Below, one piece after another: positions 25,211 through 39,010 of a DNA stretch of 64,000 nt. How positions within the stretch are numbered: the stretch's first letter is position 1; every line of letters begins with the position of its first letter. Source of the DNA: Camelus ferus. Lineage: Eukaryota. The translations under genes were made by a program, and so were the position numbers. Where the stretch lies: assembly GCF_009834535.1 (NCBI RefSeq), contig NC_045697.1, positions 88,042,001 through 88,106,000 of the forward strand, read 5' to 3'. The notes beneath the pieces are model-generated. The model saw only the letters and a list, made by a program, of their open reading frames with translations. It did no database searches and was not told where the DNA came from.

Positions 25211-26239
25211 ATAATTAATTTGAACATTGTTACATAGTTAGTAAATAACTAAAGAAGGATTTTTTTTCTCAAGTTTTTCTGATTCCAAAATTCTTAATCT
25301 CTTTGCTGTACTGTCTCCCGTAGACTATAGCCTGGATCCATGGCAAAATACATATATGTCCTGCTATTAAGTGTGACCTTATTTCCAGTGTGGTTTTATT
25401 TGGAAAGGGATAGAAGGCCAGTGAGTGGCTTCTCAAGATGGGCTGTAGAAGATCGTGAAAACCATCACAGAGGCCTTTATAGAAAATACATGTGTTTAAT
25501 TTCTCATTTTTCACAATTTAAAGTCAGGAGTGGCTAAAGTAGCTGTGCCCTTAAGTAGCAGCTTCAGTGTTTCCTACTAAGTAATTAGGACTTTCTTTCA
25601 ACACTGAAACCCTTGTCATAATGAAACCATGCACCTGGGAAATGTTGAAGTGAAAGTGTAAGGGAGGGTTGTGGGAAGGGAACTATTTCCATAGGGTTTT
25701 TTTTTTTTTTGCTCAAAAACTCTTATCTCAGGTACATTAACAGCAGGAATCGTTTATAATGAAAACTCCTCTCTATACATGTGTCCAGCTCCCATTCATA
25801 TGTATCCATCAATCAACAGTTAGTCTCTTTAGGAGTAAGTACTCCTCTGGTCTGACTGGAGGGAGGCAAAGTAATGCTGCACTCTGTTGTTACATGTTCC
25901 AAATTCTGGAGTGCTGACATTGTTCAGATTTGATCATTTGCACTGACATAAGTGCTTTCAACTAGATGTAAACTTTTAAGCAGAAATAATGGATCTGAAG
26001 TGTGTGTGTGTTTTTTTTAAGCCGTTTCAAGTCTCTGTGTAGTGGGGAAGTGGAGGAGAGGAAAGAAAGTTACGAGTGGATTAGAAGTTAACTTTGTCCT
26101 ACCAGAAGGATGAGGAGTGGAAAGGCAAATGAGGTTAGTGAAGATAGTGGCCCTCTGAAAACATTTCACAAGTTATTACAAAAAAAGAAAAAACAATTAT
26201 TCACCAAAATCATAAAACGTATAGCCTCTGTTCATAATA

Positions 26240-26660
26240 GCTGAAACATTTCTTAAAGCCATGTAATGCTTCTCTTTGCAGCCTCATCTCCTGCAGCTGC
26301 CTCAGATCTGTTTCATGCTTCACATTCATGGACGCAGGCTGTTTCTAACCACCACATCACAGCTCACAGCGCTCCTTCCCTCTGAACCCCTTTTCTCTTT
26401 GCTCACCAGGCTAGTATTTGCTTATCCTCCAGGACCCATCTCAGATTGCTCAGCCTCTCCTGACTGCTTCAAGATGGGTTAGGTCTGCTCCCTCTACTCT
26501 ATATGTTACTGTTGCCCCTGCTCTAACCTCAGTGAGTTTAGTGTTCAGTTTAAGGGTGTCTGCTTTCAGGATATTATGTTACTCATTTTTACAACTTCAC
26601 TTCCTAGGACAGAGCTTTACACACACTATTCATTGAATATTTGTTAAGTCAGTGAATTAC
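26240..26660 (+). mobile_element. L2 fragment
   Basis: Pyrimidine-rich L2-like body ending attcattgaatatttgttaagtcagtgaat. Confidence 0.55.
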
Positions 26661-28410
26661 GAGTGATGAAAAGCAATTCATTCGCTTATATAGGCATTCA
26701 CTTTCTTATCTGTAAAATGAAAAAGTCAGACAACATCATTTCTAACTTTTCTGTCACCTATAAATTCCCATGTTTTTGAAGCTGGAGCTCTGGTGTGGGC
26801 TTTTCAGTTTAATATTGGAAGGAGGCTGTTAGCATGAAACCTCACATGAGAAAAACAGTTAAATAAAATAGGATGTGAGTTACAATTGTAGGCCTTACAC
26901 TCACTGGAGACACCCACAAAAGGAGGCTTTACTAGGCATGCATGCTCTGAATGTTGTAGTCCTCCTGTATCCTGGTATCAATGGTATATTTTTGGTATCT
27001 TTTAAATATATTTGGCTCTGTATCTGTGATCCAGTTGCTCTTTAATGAAAAATAATGTCAAGGGAGAATTTTGTGGTCCCCAATTTCCTGTTTTATATTA
27101 GATTTTCTGGCTTTACATACAAATTTCATTATAAAACTGAAATTAAAAAAAATATAAAGATCAGAGAGTTCCCGAGGTTTTGTGTGGAAGCAAGAGATGC
27201 CTGTTGTCATAAGAGTTCATTAAATGTAACTACAACTGGAGACAAAAGATTTTTATTTGTTTTTGTAAATATATGCCTACTGGGAAGATAGATACATATT
27301 GAGGTTCAAAATAGATTTGAATAGAACCCCTGAAAAGATTTCTGCAAAAATCAACTTATGTTTTAATACATTTCTCCACCAAAGGAATTGAGTTTCCTAT
27401 AAACTCAGAGTTGTGAAACCAACTTTTCATGAAGCAAGAAGAGCTATGCTTTTCACCTTAATTAGAAAATGAATGAGTATAAGAAAAACAGGTTACTTTA
27501 CCATGGTTACCTCAACAATACCTTCAGGGGATTGGTGCCAGTAAAATCATGAGTTGGATGTTTGGTATCTGATGTTGCCAGCCAAAATGTCCTACCTTGG
27601 GCAATATTTAATAACTGTACCATCAATGCTCTGTTTCCCTTTTGTGGCAGGAAGGAAAAACAGTATGAAGATTATGAATTCTCCAATATGGCTATGATAA
27701 TTATAATTATTCCCATGTAGATTCAGAGCAAGGAATATAGACAATGAGCTGATGGATTCTCAGAAAAAGTGTAAAGATGGTGAAATGTGATGGGAAAGTA
27801 GGCATTTCGCTTCACTGATACGGTAATTAGAAGGGACTGCAGAAGGGATTCCAGGTGACGAGTCGTGTACCATCCGACTTCTATGTAGATCACCTGTCCA
27901 GAAGCAGGCCAGTGAGTGTGCTGCATTTGGATTGCAGGCAAAGGATAGGGATTGAATTCTCAATTTGCTGGTCACATCTACAATTCAGCTCCATGTATTA
28001 GGTATCAGAAGCTCAATGAACTAGGACATTTTTTCAAATGAGGAAAAAATGGCAGGGCAGCAATTAGTTATAAGGAGAATACTTTAATTTAATTTTCAGA
28101 CTAAAGTTCCATATAGTTTACTTTTAAATTAGTAACCTATGAAAACTTAAAAGAACTGTTCAACTAGATGCAGACACTTCAGACCTTTAAAGAAGCAGGT
28201 ATTTTATCTTCTGGTTTGGTATTTCAAATAGAATACCTTGTTATTTAAAATATCAAAATGCCCAGTAAACCAAAATGGTAATTTCCTAAGGAGAAGACAG
28301 AAGCGGTCTATACCAGATTATTCATGTGAGCAGGCACAGAACTGCTTTTCTCAAACCCCTTTTTTTTTCTCAGAAGTAAACAAAGGTTACCATGAGAAAG
28401 ATCAAACACA

Positions 28411-28762
28411 GTCTTAGTCTGCTCAGGTTGCCATAACAAATTACTATAGACTTAGTGGCTTGAACAGCAAACATTTACTTTTCACAGTTCTAGAGGCTGG
28501 GAAGTTCAAGATCAAGGTTCAGGCAGATTTGATTCCGATGAGAACTCTCTTCCTGATGGCTGTCTTCGCACTGTATCTTCACATGGCTGAGAAAAAGAGG
28601 GCTCTAGGTTTTCTCTTCGTATAAGGACACTAATCCCATTATGGGAGTTCCACCCTCATGGCTCAGTTACACCCAAAAGGCCCCATCTCCAGCTGCCATC
28701 ACATTGAGGGATTAGAATTTCAATATATGAATTTTGGAGCAAAACAAACACAGTCTGTAAGA
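28411..28762 (-). mobile_element. MLT1A/B-type MaLR solo LTR
   Basis: gtcttagtctgctcaggttgccataacaaa..cacagttctagaggctgggaagttcaagatcaagg..ataaggacactaatcccatt..ccatcacattgagg matches the MLT1A0/B reverse complement. Confidence 0.9.
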
Positions 28763-29689
28763 AGTATTTCATTTTATTATAGGTATCAAACATTCTAAAA
28801 AATGTATGCAAAATTTTTTCAAATGAAGAACCTGTTTGATATATATGAAGAATACAAGCCAAAACTTGCATGAATCCTAAAATTCTCTGATGTCTCAGCT
28901 CAATATAATTTACCTTATTAAATGCAGTAAGTAAATATAACTCAAAACTGTAAACTGTTCATCCTGATCTTAATTAGAGTTAATGCCCACCAGACTCCAG
29001 ATGGTGGGAGGCATCTAGTTTCTCTCACTGAAAAAACATGGACATCAATCAGTCCTACAACCAGAGATTCACAGTGACACATTATGGACCTGTGGGCTCA
29101 TCTCCAGTATTCCATCTGTGAATGTGAAATCCTCAAAATACAAGGCTGCGCTGTGTTTCTGTAGCACCAAAGAAAGTCATTTACCTTCTGGGTTGGATGC
29201 CTGAACTGAACCTCCAGGATTCAGTATTGTTCTCCCACAGATGGAAGTGCCTTAACCATTCTCTGGTGTATCTTTCAACACACATTTTGGGCCTGAATGG
29301 CAAGCCTGAAGAAATCTTATAAGAGAGAAGAGTCTCAGCAGTTCCTTTTTTAATACTCACCCCAAGGTACTTTCCTGCTGAGAGTTACACAGTAATAGAA
29401 ACTCAAGCAAATTGTTTGCTCTTAAGTGTGGTGGTGAAAGGTGTGTAACTCCCCACCTACCCCCCAAAAAAGCATCTCTCCTCCTGCCTAGGCCCCCAAG
29501 CTCATTCCTATGTATTTACAAATCCCCGAAATGAAGGAGCAATGAATCCAGCTCATAAATCAGCCTCCACGAGGGAGAGCTATTAAAGGGGACCCAGACT
29601 GTGTGCTGACTGGAAACAGGCAGGCTAAGGGAAACCTTAGGGTCAGAAATTTAAAACCGCAAAGAACCCCGGGTGTCACGTAGACCAAA

Positions 29690-29795
29690 CCATCCTGTTA
29701 CAAACCGTAAAAGTGGAGTTCAAAAAGGCTTGAGTGTATTTGAGACCACACAAATTGTAGCAGCAGAGACAGGTCTAGAACCCCCTCTTCCTGCC
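29690..29795 (-). mobile_element. MIR fragment
   Basis: ..gagaccacacaaattgtagcagcagagacaggtctagaacccc.. resembles antisense MIR. Confidence 0.55.
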
Positions 29796-31059
29796 TTTTT
29801 TTGTGATGAGGTTTTCCCAGAGCTTTGTGCCAGAAGAAGAGTTTTACTTTTACCCAAAGATCTGTGTGTGGTCACAGATTTGGAGGAAGAGCAAATAGGT
29901 TCAATGTCGAGTGTTAATGCTTTGGTCTGTTGATCATTCTTTAAGCAATTATTTATTGAGTGTTTTACAGGTAGTTCCTTTTAGCTACTGCTTCACTAAT
30001 TTTTAAAGTGTAGCAGAAGTTTTGCCAACAGAGTCAGGTAGAGGACTGGGATTGGCGGCAGCAATTTATTTAAGCAATTTCATTGCTCTACAAATAAACT
30101 GAGAGCAAAGGTGAGATGTGTCAACGTTTTGAAGAACACACTAATATATATATATATAAATATTTTGAAATACAATTGGCTTATGCAGTGTATTTACATA
30201 ACAAGTATAATTAATTTTTTTTCATTTTGCTGTTTTTCTTTTAACACAGTAAGAGTGGACATCTGGCCAATATACTTATACTTAAAAATGGCAAAAGAAT
30301 TAAGTAATTTAGTCACATTTTAAGTGGTTAACATTTATTTGTTATGGTAAATGTCAATTTCTTGGTCTTACTCACTTGTAAATAATGTAAAACAGAGTGA
30401 AGGGTTGATTCTTATCTTAATCAAATGTATGAGAGTTAAAAACTAAAACCCCTTTATAAGGAACATACACTGAAAGTACATAATGTCTTCTCATTAGGAA
30501 ATGTGTCAAGAAACTCAAATTAGAAACTTGTCTAGCCCCAGAAACAACAAAGAATTAGAACAGGCTACTGTAATGCCTGTTTGTTTAGTTAAATGATGTA
30601 TGTGAATATGCTCAAGATTTGCAGACAAGGAAAATGGAGAAAAAGAATAGCAAGAAGCACACGCAGTTTGATGAATCTGGCATCAATTTAAAGCACACAA
30701 AGTAAAGGAAGTATTTGTTCACATCAGAAGAGGAATTCATCAGATACCACTCAGAGTGTTCTTACTCAGGAGAGAAGCTTTCCCACACTCACATCCTCTG
30801 ACCTTCAACATGTGGCAAGCAAAACCCCAATCTGGGAGGGTTGGTTAGCTTAAGCCTGCAGAACTTTGGACACTGAGCCAAAATAGCTAAAAGCTTGCCC
30901 AGCTGGGCAGGAACATTTGTTAAGCAGACTTCCTTAGAATATTTCCTGATCTTTGTAGGAATTTTCTTTATTTTTCAGTGTCTGCTTACTGCAGTGTCTT
31001 TTACCAGATTATCAGAGACTTGACCCTTGCGTGTTATTTGCAGTGACTCAGGTCACTGC

Positions 31060-31330
31060 TAAAATGGCTGACTGCCTGAAGGATGTCCTCTGACCACTTT
31101 ACCTAAAATTACAGTGCCACCCCCGCCAGTCACTCTTTATCTCTTGTCCTGATTTATTTTTGTATAATGCTTTTTATTATAAACATTATAGTAATTTTTC
31201 CCCGTATTGTCTCTTTCTCCCTCTTTAGTGAATGTTCCACAGAAGCACCAACTTACTCTGTTTGGTGATCTAATAAGAAATTAACATGTAGAAGATTAAT
31301 AATAAAAAATTCTGAATAAAGAAATGAATG
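31060..31330 (+). mobile_element. L2a-like 3' fragment
   Basis: cctctgaccactttacctaaaatt..cagtcactctttatc..tgaatgttccacagaagca..tgaataaagaaatgaatg. Confidence 0.7.
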
Positions 31331-31579
31331 TCACTAAAGAGAGACCTTGGAATGAATGTTTCAATAACTTTCAATGTTTCAATGCCCTTATATTTAAGTG
31401 AAAAATACTATTAAAAGTTAATAAATATAACCAAAATTATACTAATTCACTACCTTATTTAAAAAGATCTGTGAGGTCTATATTATAACTCTAATTTTAT
31501 GTGTTGAGAAAACCAAGTTTCAATTCTCATCCTACCACACTTACCACACTATTCAGAAATAAGTAAGATTTGTAGTAGA

Positions 31580-31990
31580 ACGTTATAGGACAAATACAGA
31601 CAGTAATAAAGGTCCAAGTGAGAGGGTGGGATCACATCCTACCAAAGGTATTATGCAGCAGGAATCACTAGAGAGTTGGAGAGAACAGAATAAGGCAGGA
31701 TAACATTGGAGAGAACATTGGGAGTATTCAGGAAAGAGTAAATAGTCCAATTTGGTGGAAACAGCATGCATATTGATAAACAGTTATAGGTAAGAATGGA
31801 AAAGTAATTGACATCCATGTTAGAGGGCCTAAATGCCAAGTTGACAAGGGTATTCATAGCTATGGAAAAATAAGAGCCCTGCAAACTTTTAGACAGTGGA
31901 ATAATACAACTCAAACTCCTCTTTAGAAGCATTTAGAAGATAAACAAAGGCAGCATATGCTTGATGGGTTAGAAAGGAAAAGTTTAGAAA
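31580..31990 (-). mobile_element. L2 fragment
   Basis: gagggcctaaatgccaagttgacaagg..gagccctgcaaacttttagacagtggaataatac..ctctttagaagc resembles antisense L2. Confidence 0.6.
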
Positions 31991-32479
31991 TAATGTAGAA
32001 GAGAGGGATTGGAAGTTAAAGGTCTCACATATTTCCCTTAATAAGTATGGGTTATACTGAGAGCAAGTCTTGATAATGGAGATTTACAATGAGGTCACCA
32101 ATTGGGGAAGAATCCTATCTGGCCTCGGAAAAAATATGCTTAACCTAATTTACTTTGACACTTCTCTTACTCTAGCACCAGTTTCTTCTCATCTGGTTTC
32201 TGTATCTGAAATGTGCTACCTTGCACCCTCATGGTTAGAATGTTCAACACAGGCATGGGCCATCCTTTCAGAACTTGGCCATCCTTCCTGCATCGCAGCC
32301 CTTTCTTTACCTTAGCTGAGTCTTGGTACTCCTTCCTATCCCTGAGCTTTCTACATCGGTGCCCATGGAGGATGTGGATTTAGATGCAATCACTTCTGAG
32401 GAAGTTGGAGGTAGGTTAATTTAGTACTGAGAGTACATAGACCAGCTCACAAAACAGGAGTCTGTCTAATTATAGTTTA

Positions 32480-32651
32480 TCAGTAATTACTAACTTATAA
32501 AAACTTTAGCATACATCAGAATCACGTAGAGGACTTAGAGGGCTTGTTAAAGCACAGATTCCTGGGTGCCACCCCTACTGTTTCTGATCTTATTCAGTGA
32601 TAAGGCTGATGCTGCTTGTTTGGGGACCACATTTTGAGAATCATTGCTCTA
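32480..32651. mobile_element. MER5A (hAT-Charlie) MITE, internally deleted
   Basis: catcagaatcac..gagggcttgttaaagcacagattcctggg..gctgatgctgcttgtttggggaccacattttgagaatcattgctcta. Confidence 0.85.
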
Positions 32652-33714
32652 ACAGAAGACTGAACTGCATCCTCGAAACTTGCTTTTATTGGTGTCTCTT
32701 AGATTTAGTAGCAGAGAACTCAAAGGCATGTTTTGTTTTTCGATGGCTATGGATGGTATGAATGGACAAATTGTCATCCAGAAGCTACACTGGATAAGAA
32801 TTCTTGGTCTTTAGGAATTATATCCCTTTACTGTTCATACTTTCAAGAGATGATAGGATTAATTGTTATTTTCTTCTTAGTTAATATTTGAAAGTAAGAA
32901 TGCACAAATTCATGAGTTAAAATTGTGATAATAAGTACATACTTGAAATATTCTTAGATTAAAAGAAATTGTATTTTATGCATGATAGCAATGAAAATGT
33001 TGGTTGAGGCTTTCTCACTATTTTATATCTACTGTGAATCTAAGATGTCATTGGCATTCAAAGCTTACCTTTATTAATGAACGAAAGTGACTTTATTCAT
33101 AACAGTCCCAAAGTTATTGGCTTTCATATTATAAAGGTATGCACAACCACAATTAATTCATCTACTAATCACTCTTTCCTGCTGTGTACAGTGGGACAAT
33201 TGACTCTTCAGACGGATTCTGACAACATTGGTTTTTGTATATAAAGAGAAAAAATTAGAGAAGAGAGCTGTTTATGTAGAGAAGCAATAATTAGATCTAA
33301 GTTGGAAAAAAAGATACACCTCAAATTTTGCAATACTACTTCATTTGCCAGCAAGGGGAAAAAACTCGCTATATGTCATACCATATCTAGGACAACTTTA
33401 TATTAGATTATAAGCACTGTGTGTATTTTCAACATATTTTAATTAACAATTACACTTATTACTCAATCCTTTTTTCCATTTTTTTCTTCTTATAACTATT
33501 TTGATAGCAAATCCTTTATATATTCCTGTAGATACTCAGAAAATTTTTATCTTTAGCAAGGGACTGCACTGAAAAGAAACCTTTTTAAGAGAGTAAGAAA
33601 GAGAGAAGTTCTATTTTGATTTTGACTGTTATCAAGCTACAGAAGATCTCTTTTCCTCCTATGAGTTAGTCTCTTAACTATATTCAAGTGAAAGTGTAAA
33701 CATATATCACAAGG

Positions 33715-34912
33715 TAAATCAATTATATAGCCATATCCAAAAAAATGAAATAAGACCAATTCTTCACATCATAAGGAAAAATTAAATCAACATGGATTAT
33801 AGACCTAAGAGCTAAAATTATAACACTCCTAGATGAAAATACTGAAGAAAATTGTTGAGACTTCTTAGATACAACACAAAAACTAAAAGCCACAAAAGAC
33901 AAAAAAAGATAAATTAGATTGTATTAAAACTAAAGTTGCACTTCAAAAAACACAATTAAGAAAATAAAAAGACAAAGCACAGATTGGGGTAAAATATTTG
34001 CAAATCATTTATCTGAAAAACAACTTGTATTCAGAATATATGAAGAATTCTTACAACTCGATAATAAGACAAACTACTGATTTAAAAATGAGCACAGCTG
34101 GAATAGAAATTTCACCAGTGAAGATATACGGAAAGTTGACATGCATATGAAAAGTTGCTCAGCCTCATTAGTCACTATGGAAATGTTAATTAAAATCACA
34201 ATCAGACCACTACATACACAGAATGGTCCTAATCAAAAAGACAGACAATATCAAGAGTTAGCAAAGATGTGGAAAAACTGGCACTCTCATACATGTTGGG
34301 TGACAATGTAAAATGACACAATCACTTGGCAGTTTGACAACTTTTTAAATAGTTAAACATAAACTTACCATTTAATCCAGCAATTCCATTCCTAAGAATC
34401 TACCGAAGAGAAATAAAATCATATGCATGCAAAGACTTGAAGGTGAATATTCATAGAAGCATCATTTGTAATATTTCCAAACTAGAAATGATCCAAATGC
34501 TCACCAACTGGTGAACAGATAAAATACTGTGTATTCCTATGCTGTAATATTATTCTGCAATAAAGCAGAATGATACTAATACATGCTGTGACGTAAATAG
34601 ATTTCAAATCATTATGATAAGTGAAGGAAGTCAGATTCAGAAAATCATATATTGTATGATTTCATTTTATGAAATATTCAAAAAATGAATTTATAAAGAC
34701 AGAAAGCAGACAGTGATTACTTAGAGCTGAGAGTGAAAGCTGAGATTGACTACATAGATGCTTAAGGAAAATTTTTTAGCATGATGAAAAATTCTAACAT
34801 TGAAATTTTGTGATGGTTGCACAATTCTAAAAATTTACTAAAAATTCATTGAATTGTATACCTACCATGAAAGAATTTTATGATATGTAAATTAGTCCCA
34901 CTAAAGCTAAAA
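33715..34912 (+). mobile_element. LINE-1 (L1MB7/8-like), ORF2 3' end and 3' UTR
   Basis: aaatatttgcaaatcatttatctga, atatgaaaagttgctcagcctcattagtca, cagcaattccattcctaag and the 3' UTR gtgatggttgcacaattct..aaatttactaaaaattcattgaattgtat..tatgtaaattag. Confidence 0.9.
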
Positions 34913-35264
34913 ATATATATATTGCAAGATCAATATAAAGTGCATGATTAACTGTAATTTTTGTTTTGTTAACCTAAAACTCTGAATTAACATACACTCT
35001 CAAGTGTTCAGCATAATCACATTAATGAATAAGGAAATATGATTTTGTTTCTTTATATCACTGGCCATTAAAATAACCAAGTCAGTTAACCATATACATC
35101 TTTAAACTTTTTGTTTGTTCATTTGTTTGTGTTCTTGAGAAAGTCTCAGTTATAGTGGCATAACTTCAACTAACATTAGTAAGAAGAAAGGTAAAAGGTT
35201 ATCTCCTGATTAACCGACTTCATATTCATCATATTCATCAGTTCAACTGTTTATCGTTATCCAC

Positions 35265-35613
35265 TGTCTTAGTCCATTCAGGCTGCTTTTACAAAATACC
35301 ACAGACTGGGTATCTTATAAACAACAGGAATGTGTTTCTCACAGTTCTGGAGGCTGGAAGTCTAAGATCAAGAAGTCAGCTTGGTTTGGTGAAATCCTTC
35401 TCCCAAGTCTCAGACTTCTCATTGTATCCTCACATGGTGAAGAGGGGTAGGGAGCTCTGTGGCGTCTCTTTTAAAAGAGCACTAATCCTGTTCATGAGGG
35501 CACTTGCCTCATAACCGAATCACCCCAAAGGTCCACCTCCAAATACCATCACACTATGGATTAGATTTTTATCATGTGAATTTGGGGGTGACACAAACAT
35601 TCAGACCATAGCA
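35265..35613 (-). mobile_element. MLT1A-type MaLR solo LTR with intact 5-bp TSD
   Basis: TGTCTTAGTCCATTCAGGCTGC...TTCAGACCATAGCA, flanked by TCCAC at 35260-35264 and 35614-35618. Confidence 0.95.
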
Positions 35614-36569
35614 TCCACTATACACAGGCCACTTTAGAAACTGTGATCATACACATGTTTCTCAAATATGCTTTCCTTGGCCCACCTTAGTTGTTTTTTC
35701 GTATATGTGAGTGTGATTATACGTAACTCAGATGGGAAATGTGGCTTCATTCATGATCTAAGACACTTAAAATGTCTGCTCCAACCATAAATGATAGACC
35801 ATAGGACAAACAGTCCCTGCATACCTTCCCCCACCATTAAATATTAACAGTGAACTCACAGGCTACGTGGTAATGGGTGTCTTGAATGCGTAGTATAAAC
35901 AGATCAATGAAATCACACCTGATTAGTTTCCAGTTCATTAGAGAGAGAAATATTTCCAGGATAGTTATTGGCAGCACAATAGTCACACATTACACATTTG
36001 AAATCTTTTGACCAATATGGAAGTGAAGAAATAGAGGAAAAAACAAATGCCAATGATTTGCTCATCCAATTAGTAAACATTCTTTTAGGTCCCTGACTCA
36101 GGCTCTTCTCACACTCGCAAAATGAAGACGCTGATTTCCTTGGCTTTCATTTCAGTAACTTCAATTACACTACTCCTTTACTTTAGACTCTCTAATTAGG
36201 ATATTAAATATCATCTACTGGCCAAATAACATTTTTTTCTAAATTGGTACACTTACCTCCAGTTGTTTCCCAGTGGCCAAAATGATGAATTGACAATGAA
36301 TTATGTCATATCCTGAATCTATGTAATTCTTTTGCAGTTGTGTTAAATCTTTTGTTTTTAACCAGCAAAATCAATCAACCAATCAGCTGACTAATCCCCC
36401 AAATCGATCATTTGCTAGTATGAAATTAAAAGTATAAAGCATTTGGTCAGAATATCTTTACAAATATAATTTCATAAACAGATATATACATATTATGTAT
36501 GTATCATGTGTGTGTATTTATACACAAATGTGTGTCCCTTCCTCTGCATATATAGATAGATATAGATAC

Positions 36570-37290
36570 ATTCATACCCTTGTGTGATCCTTTCCCCTTG
36601 AGTATAGATGGGAACACATGACTTACTTCTGACCAACAAATTAAGGCAAAAGTGATGGAATGTATGTGATTATACACACATGATTATGTGAATATGTCGT
36701 AGAAGATTGTAACTGGAGTCTCTCTTTTGGGGGCTTTGAGGAAGGGACATTTCATGAGTCAGGGAACTGCAGGTGGCCTCTAGTATCTGCGAGGGGTCTG
36801 CAGCCAACAGCCAGCAAGAAATTGAAATCTTCAGTCTTACAACCAAAAGGAAATTTATTCTGCCAACAACAGTTTGAACTTGGAAGCAAATCCTTCCCCA
36901 GCAGAACCACAGGTGAGATTCCAGGCACAACCAACACCTTGATTGCAACTTAGGCATAGCAATCAATGCCTTGTACTGTGGCTTGGAACCAGCGAAGGCA
37001 TGCCCAGGCTCCTGACACGTGGAAACTCTGAGATAATAAATGGGTATGGTTTTAGTCTGTTAAATTTGTGAGATATTATAATGCAACAATTGGTAACTCA
37101 TCCAAATTTTAGTACCTGGAAGTGTGATCCTGCTGGAAGAAACTGAACTAAAAATTGGGGAATTTGTTTTGGAACCAGACACTGGGTGGAAGCTGGAAGG
37201 ATTATTGAGGAGCATAACAGAGGAAGCCTAAATAGCTGTAAGCAGAATATTAGTAGAAATCTGGACTTTAAGAATGTTGCTAACGAGAGC
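36570..37290 (+). mobile_element. MLT1E-like LTR (~36570-37103) followed by the start of the MLT1 internal region
   Basis: gggaactgcaggtggcctctag..cagccaacagccagcaagaaa..ttctgccaacaac..aacaccttgattgca..gagataataaatgggt..ggtaactcatcca, then aattttagtacctggaagtg (MLT1-int start). Confidence 0.88.
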
Positions 37291-38503
37291 AGTTCAAAGA
37301 TTTTCTCATCTATGACATCAGGATTAATACATTCAACTATTTTGTCACAAAATTAAAATTAAACATCTGAGACTACTTATTATTAAAGTATTCTTTTTTT
37401 CAAGCATGACTAAAAGTATTTCCTCTAGTTTAAGAATGACTGAGAAGGACCGCTTTCTGCCCTTGGGCAAGGCATCCCGCAGTGAGTTGAAGTTAGGTTC
37501 TCGTCTACAAATTGAAGCACTAGTTAACTAAAATGGTGATTTTTCAGATGATGCTGGCAACTGATTTCTCTTTACAAATGAAAGCTGGGGCAGTAAGTGT
37601 TGAGGAAGCGTTGGTCAACCCCTATTCCTGCCCACTTAGCCTCCTTCACACTATTCCATGGCCTCATGGCCCCTAAGGATGCTCCTTGGAAACAGATTAG
37701 CAACAAAATTGGGTAATCTTTAAACTACCTGATCCAAAGTCAGGTGAAATGTCAGCTAACTCATTCATATATGGATGCAGAGGACAAACAGACACCCCCT
37801 CTCCACGTGTGGCTTATTTAATACCTAAGTCAAAAAGTTGTGAAAAAATTATGTTATCTGTTTACAAGTAGCTAATTCACTCCCAGCCTGGAGCAGCTTG
37901 AGGAAACAGTTTACAAAAGTTTGCAAATGATGTGTCTGAAGAGCAGTCAGATCAAATGACGATTCAAAGTAGTTCTGAACCTCAGAGTTCTTAACCTTAA
38001 AAATTTGGTCAATAATTCTGACAAAAATACCTGTTTTTACGGTCTAGAATATAAATCTTGTCATCACATTATGTGTCCTGAAATTCTGACAGGTTTATGT
38101 GTGACACTGAGGTCACTTGTAAAGAGGGAAGTCTATAATTAAATGCTTTGTAGTCAGCTGCTCCCTTCAGGCAGTCTTGCCCTCAAAATTAGTCAAGAAT
38201 CTCTCCCCGGGGAGCCTCTTGCTTCCATAAACTACCAACCTTTTAAATATGGAATTAAATTATTTTGTTGTATTACTACCAACTCTACTTTAAAAAAAAA
38301 CTTCTTTGTAAGTAAGAAGGGAAACCACGGAGCTAGGAGCAATATATGCTCATGTAAGCCTTGCTTAAAGTCGGTGAACAGGAAAACCACCCCTGAAGCT
38401 CTTCCTTGCTTGCCCTGCCCTGTTGTTCATGGTGATGAGGTTATGGCTCGTTCCTTAGCGTGGATTCTGCTGCTTAGTCCTCACGGTGACGTTGCATGAA
38501 ACC

Positions 38504-38602
38504 ATTATTATAAACATTTTACATGAGAGGAATCTGAATGTCAGATAAACAAAAATATCTTGCTTATAGTCACATAGCTAGCATGTGACAGAGCTAAGTT
38601 TT
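38504..38602 (-). mobile_element. MIR fragment
   Basis: attattataaacattttacatgagaggaatctga..gtcacatagctagcatgtgacagagct. Confidence 0.65.
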
Positions 38603-38656
38603 TGATTAATCAGAGTAAAGATAACAACACATAGAAATAGGAAAAAGCAGCTTCGA

Positions 38657-38673
38657 GTGTGTGTGAGTGTGTG

Positions 38674-38711
<38 letters not shown>

Positions 38712-38714
38712 AGA
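38657..38714. repeat. (TG)n microsatellite, imperfect 5' part
   Basis: Direct reading; explains THTHTH in ORF 38578..38772(-). Confidence 0.95.
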
Positions 38715-38796
38715 CACGCTGGCTGGTTTGATTTGTATAATACCTATGGCTAAGAATCTTACTAGGTATCACAGAGGATGCCTATAATGGATGCTC

Positions 38797-39010
38797 CATT
38801 CGTTCATTCATTTCATAAAGACATACTTAGGCACAGCTGTATGCCATATTAAATGTTGGGGACTCCTTGGTGAAGATGTCATTGACTTAGATTTCAGTTG
38901 GAGAGGCAAAAATATTAAACCAAATTAGCCCTGATAAGTTGTGACAATTACTGTGATAACTGAAACACAGGATGCCTAAAGAAACACGGTCATGGGTACT
39001 TAAACTAGTT
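38797..39010 (-). mobile_element. L2 3' fragment
   Basis: cattcgttcattcatttc..gacatacttaggcacagctgtatgcca..tgttggggac. Confidence 0.55.

Noticed and set aside
27712..27790. Possible + strand exon (cccatgtag|ATTCAGAGC...GATG|gtgaaa)
   Set aside because: Weak polypyrimidine tract and donor, no recognisable peptide, and no partner exons.
29567..29580. CTCF-like CCACGAGGGAGAGC
   Set aside because: Three mismatches, including the conserved GGC core; too weak.
30740..30800. Minus-strand 'CECGKAS' resembling a C2H2 zinc-finger start
   Set aside because: No correctly spaced His pair or TGEKPY linker, and a stop follows; chance similarity.
38143..38499. 118-aa ORF (also 17344..17682, 46891..47229, 51052..51366, 52340..52648)
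   Set aside because: No recognisable domain or splice-consistent structure; several overlap MER5, MLT1 or MIR remnants; lengths are compatible with chance.
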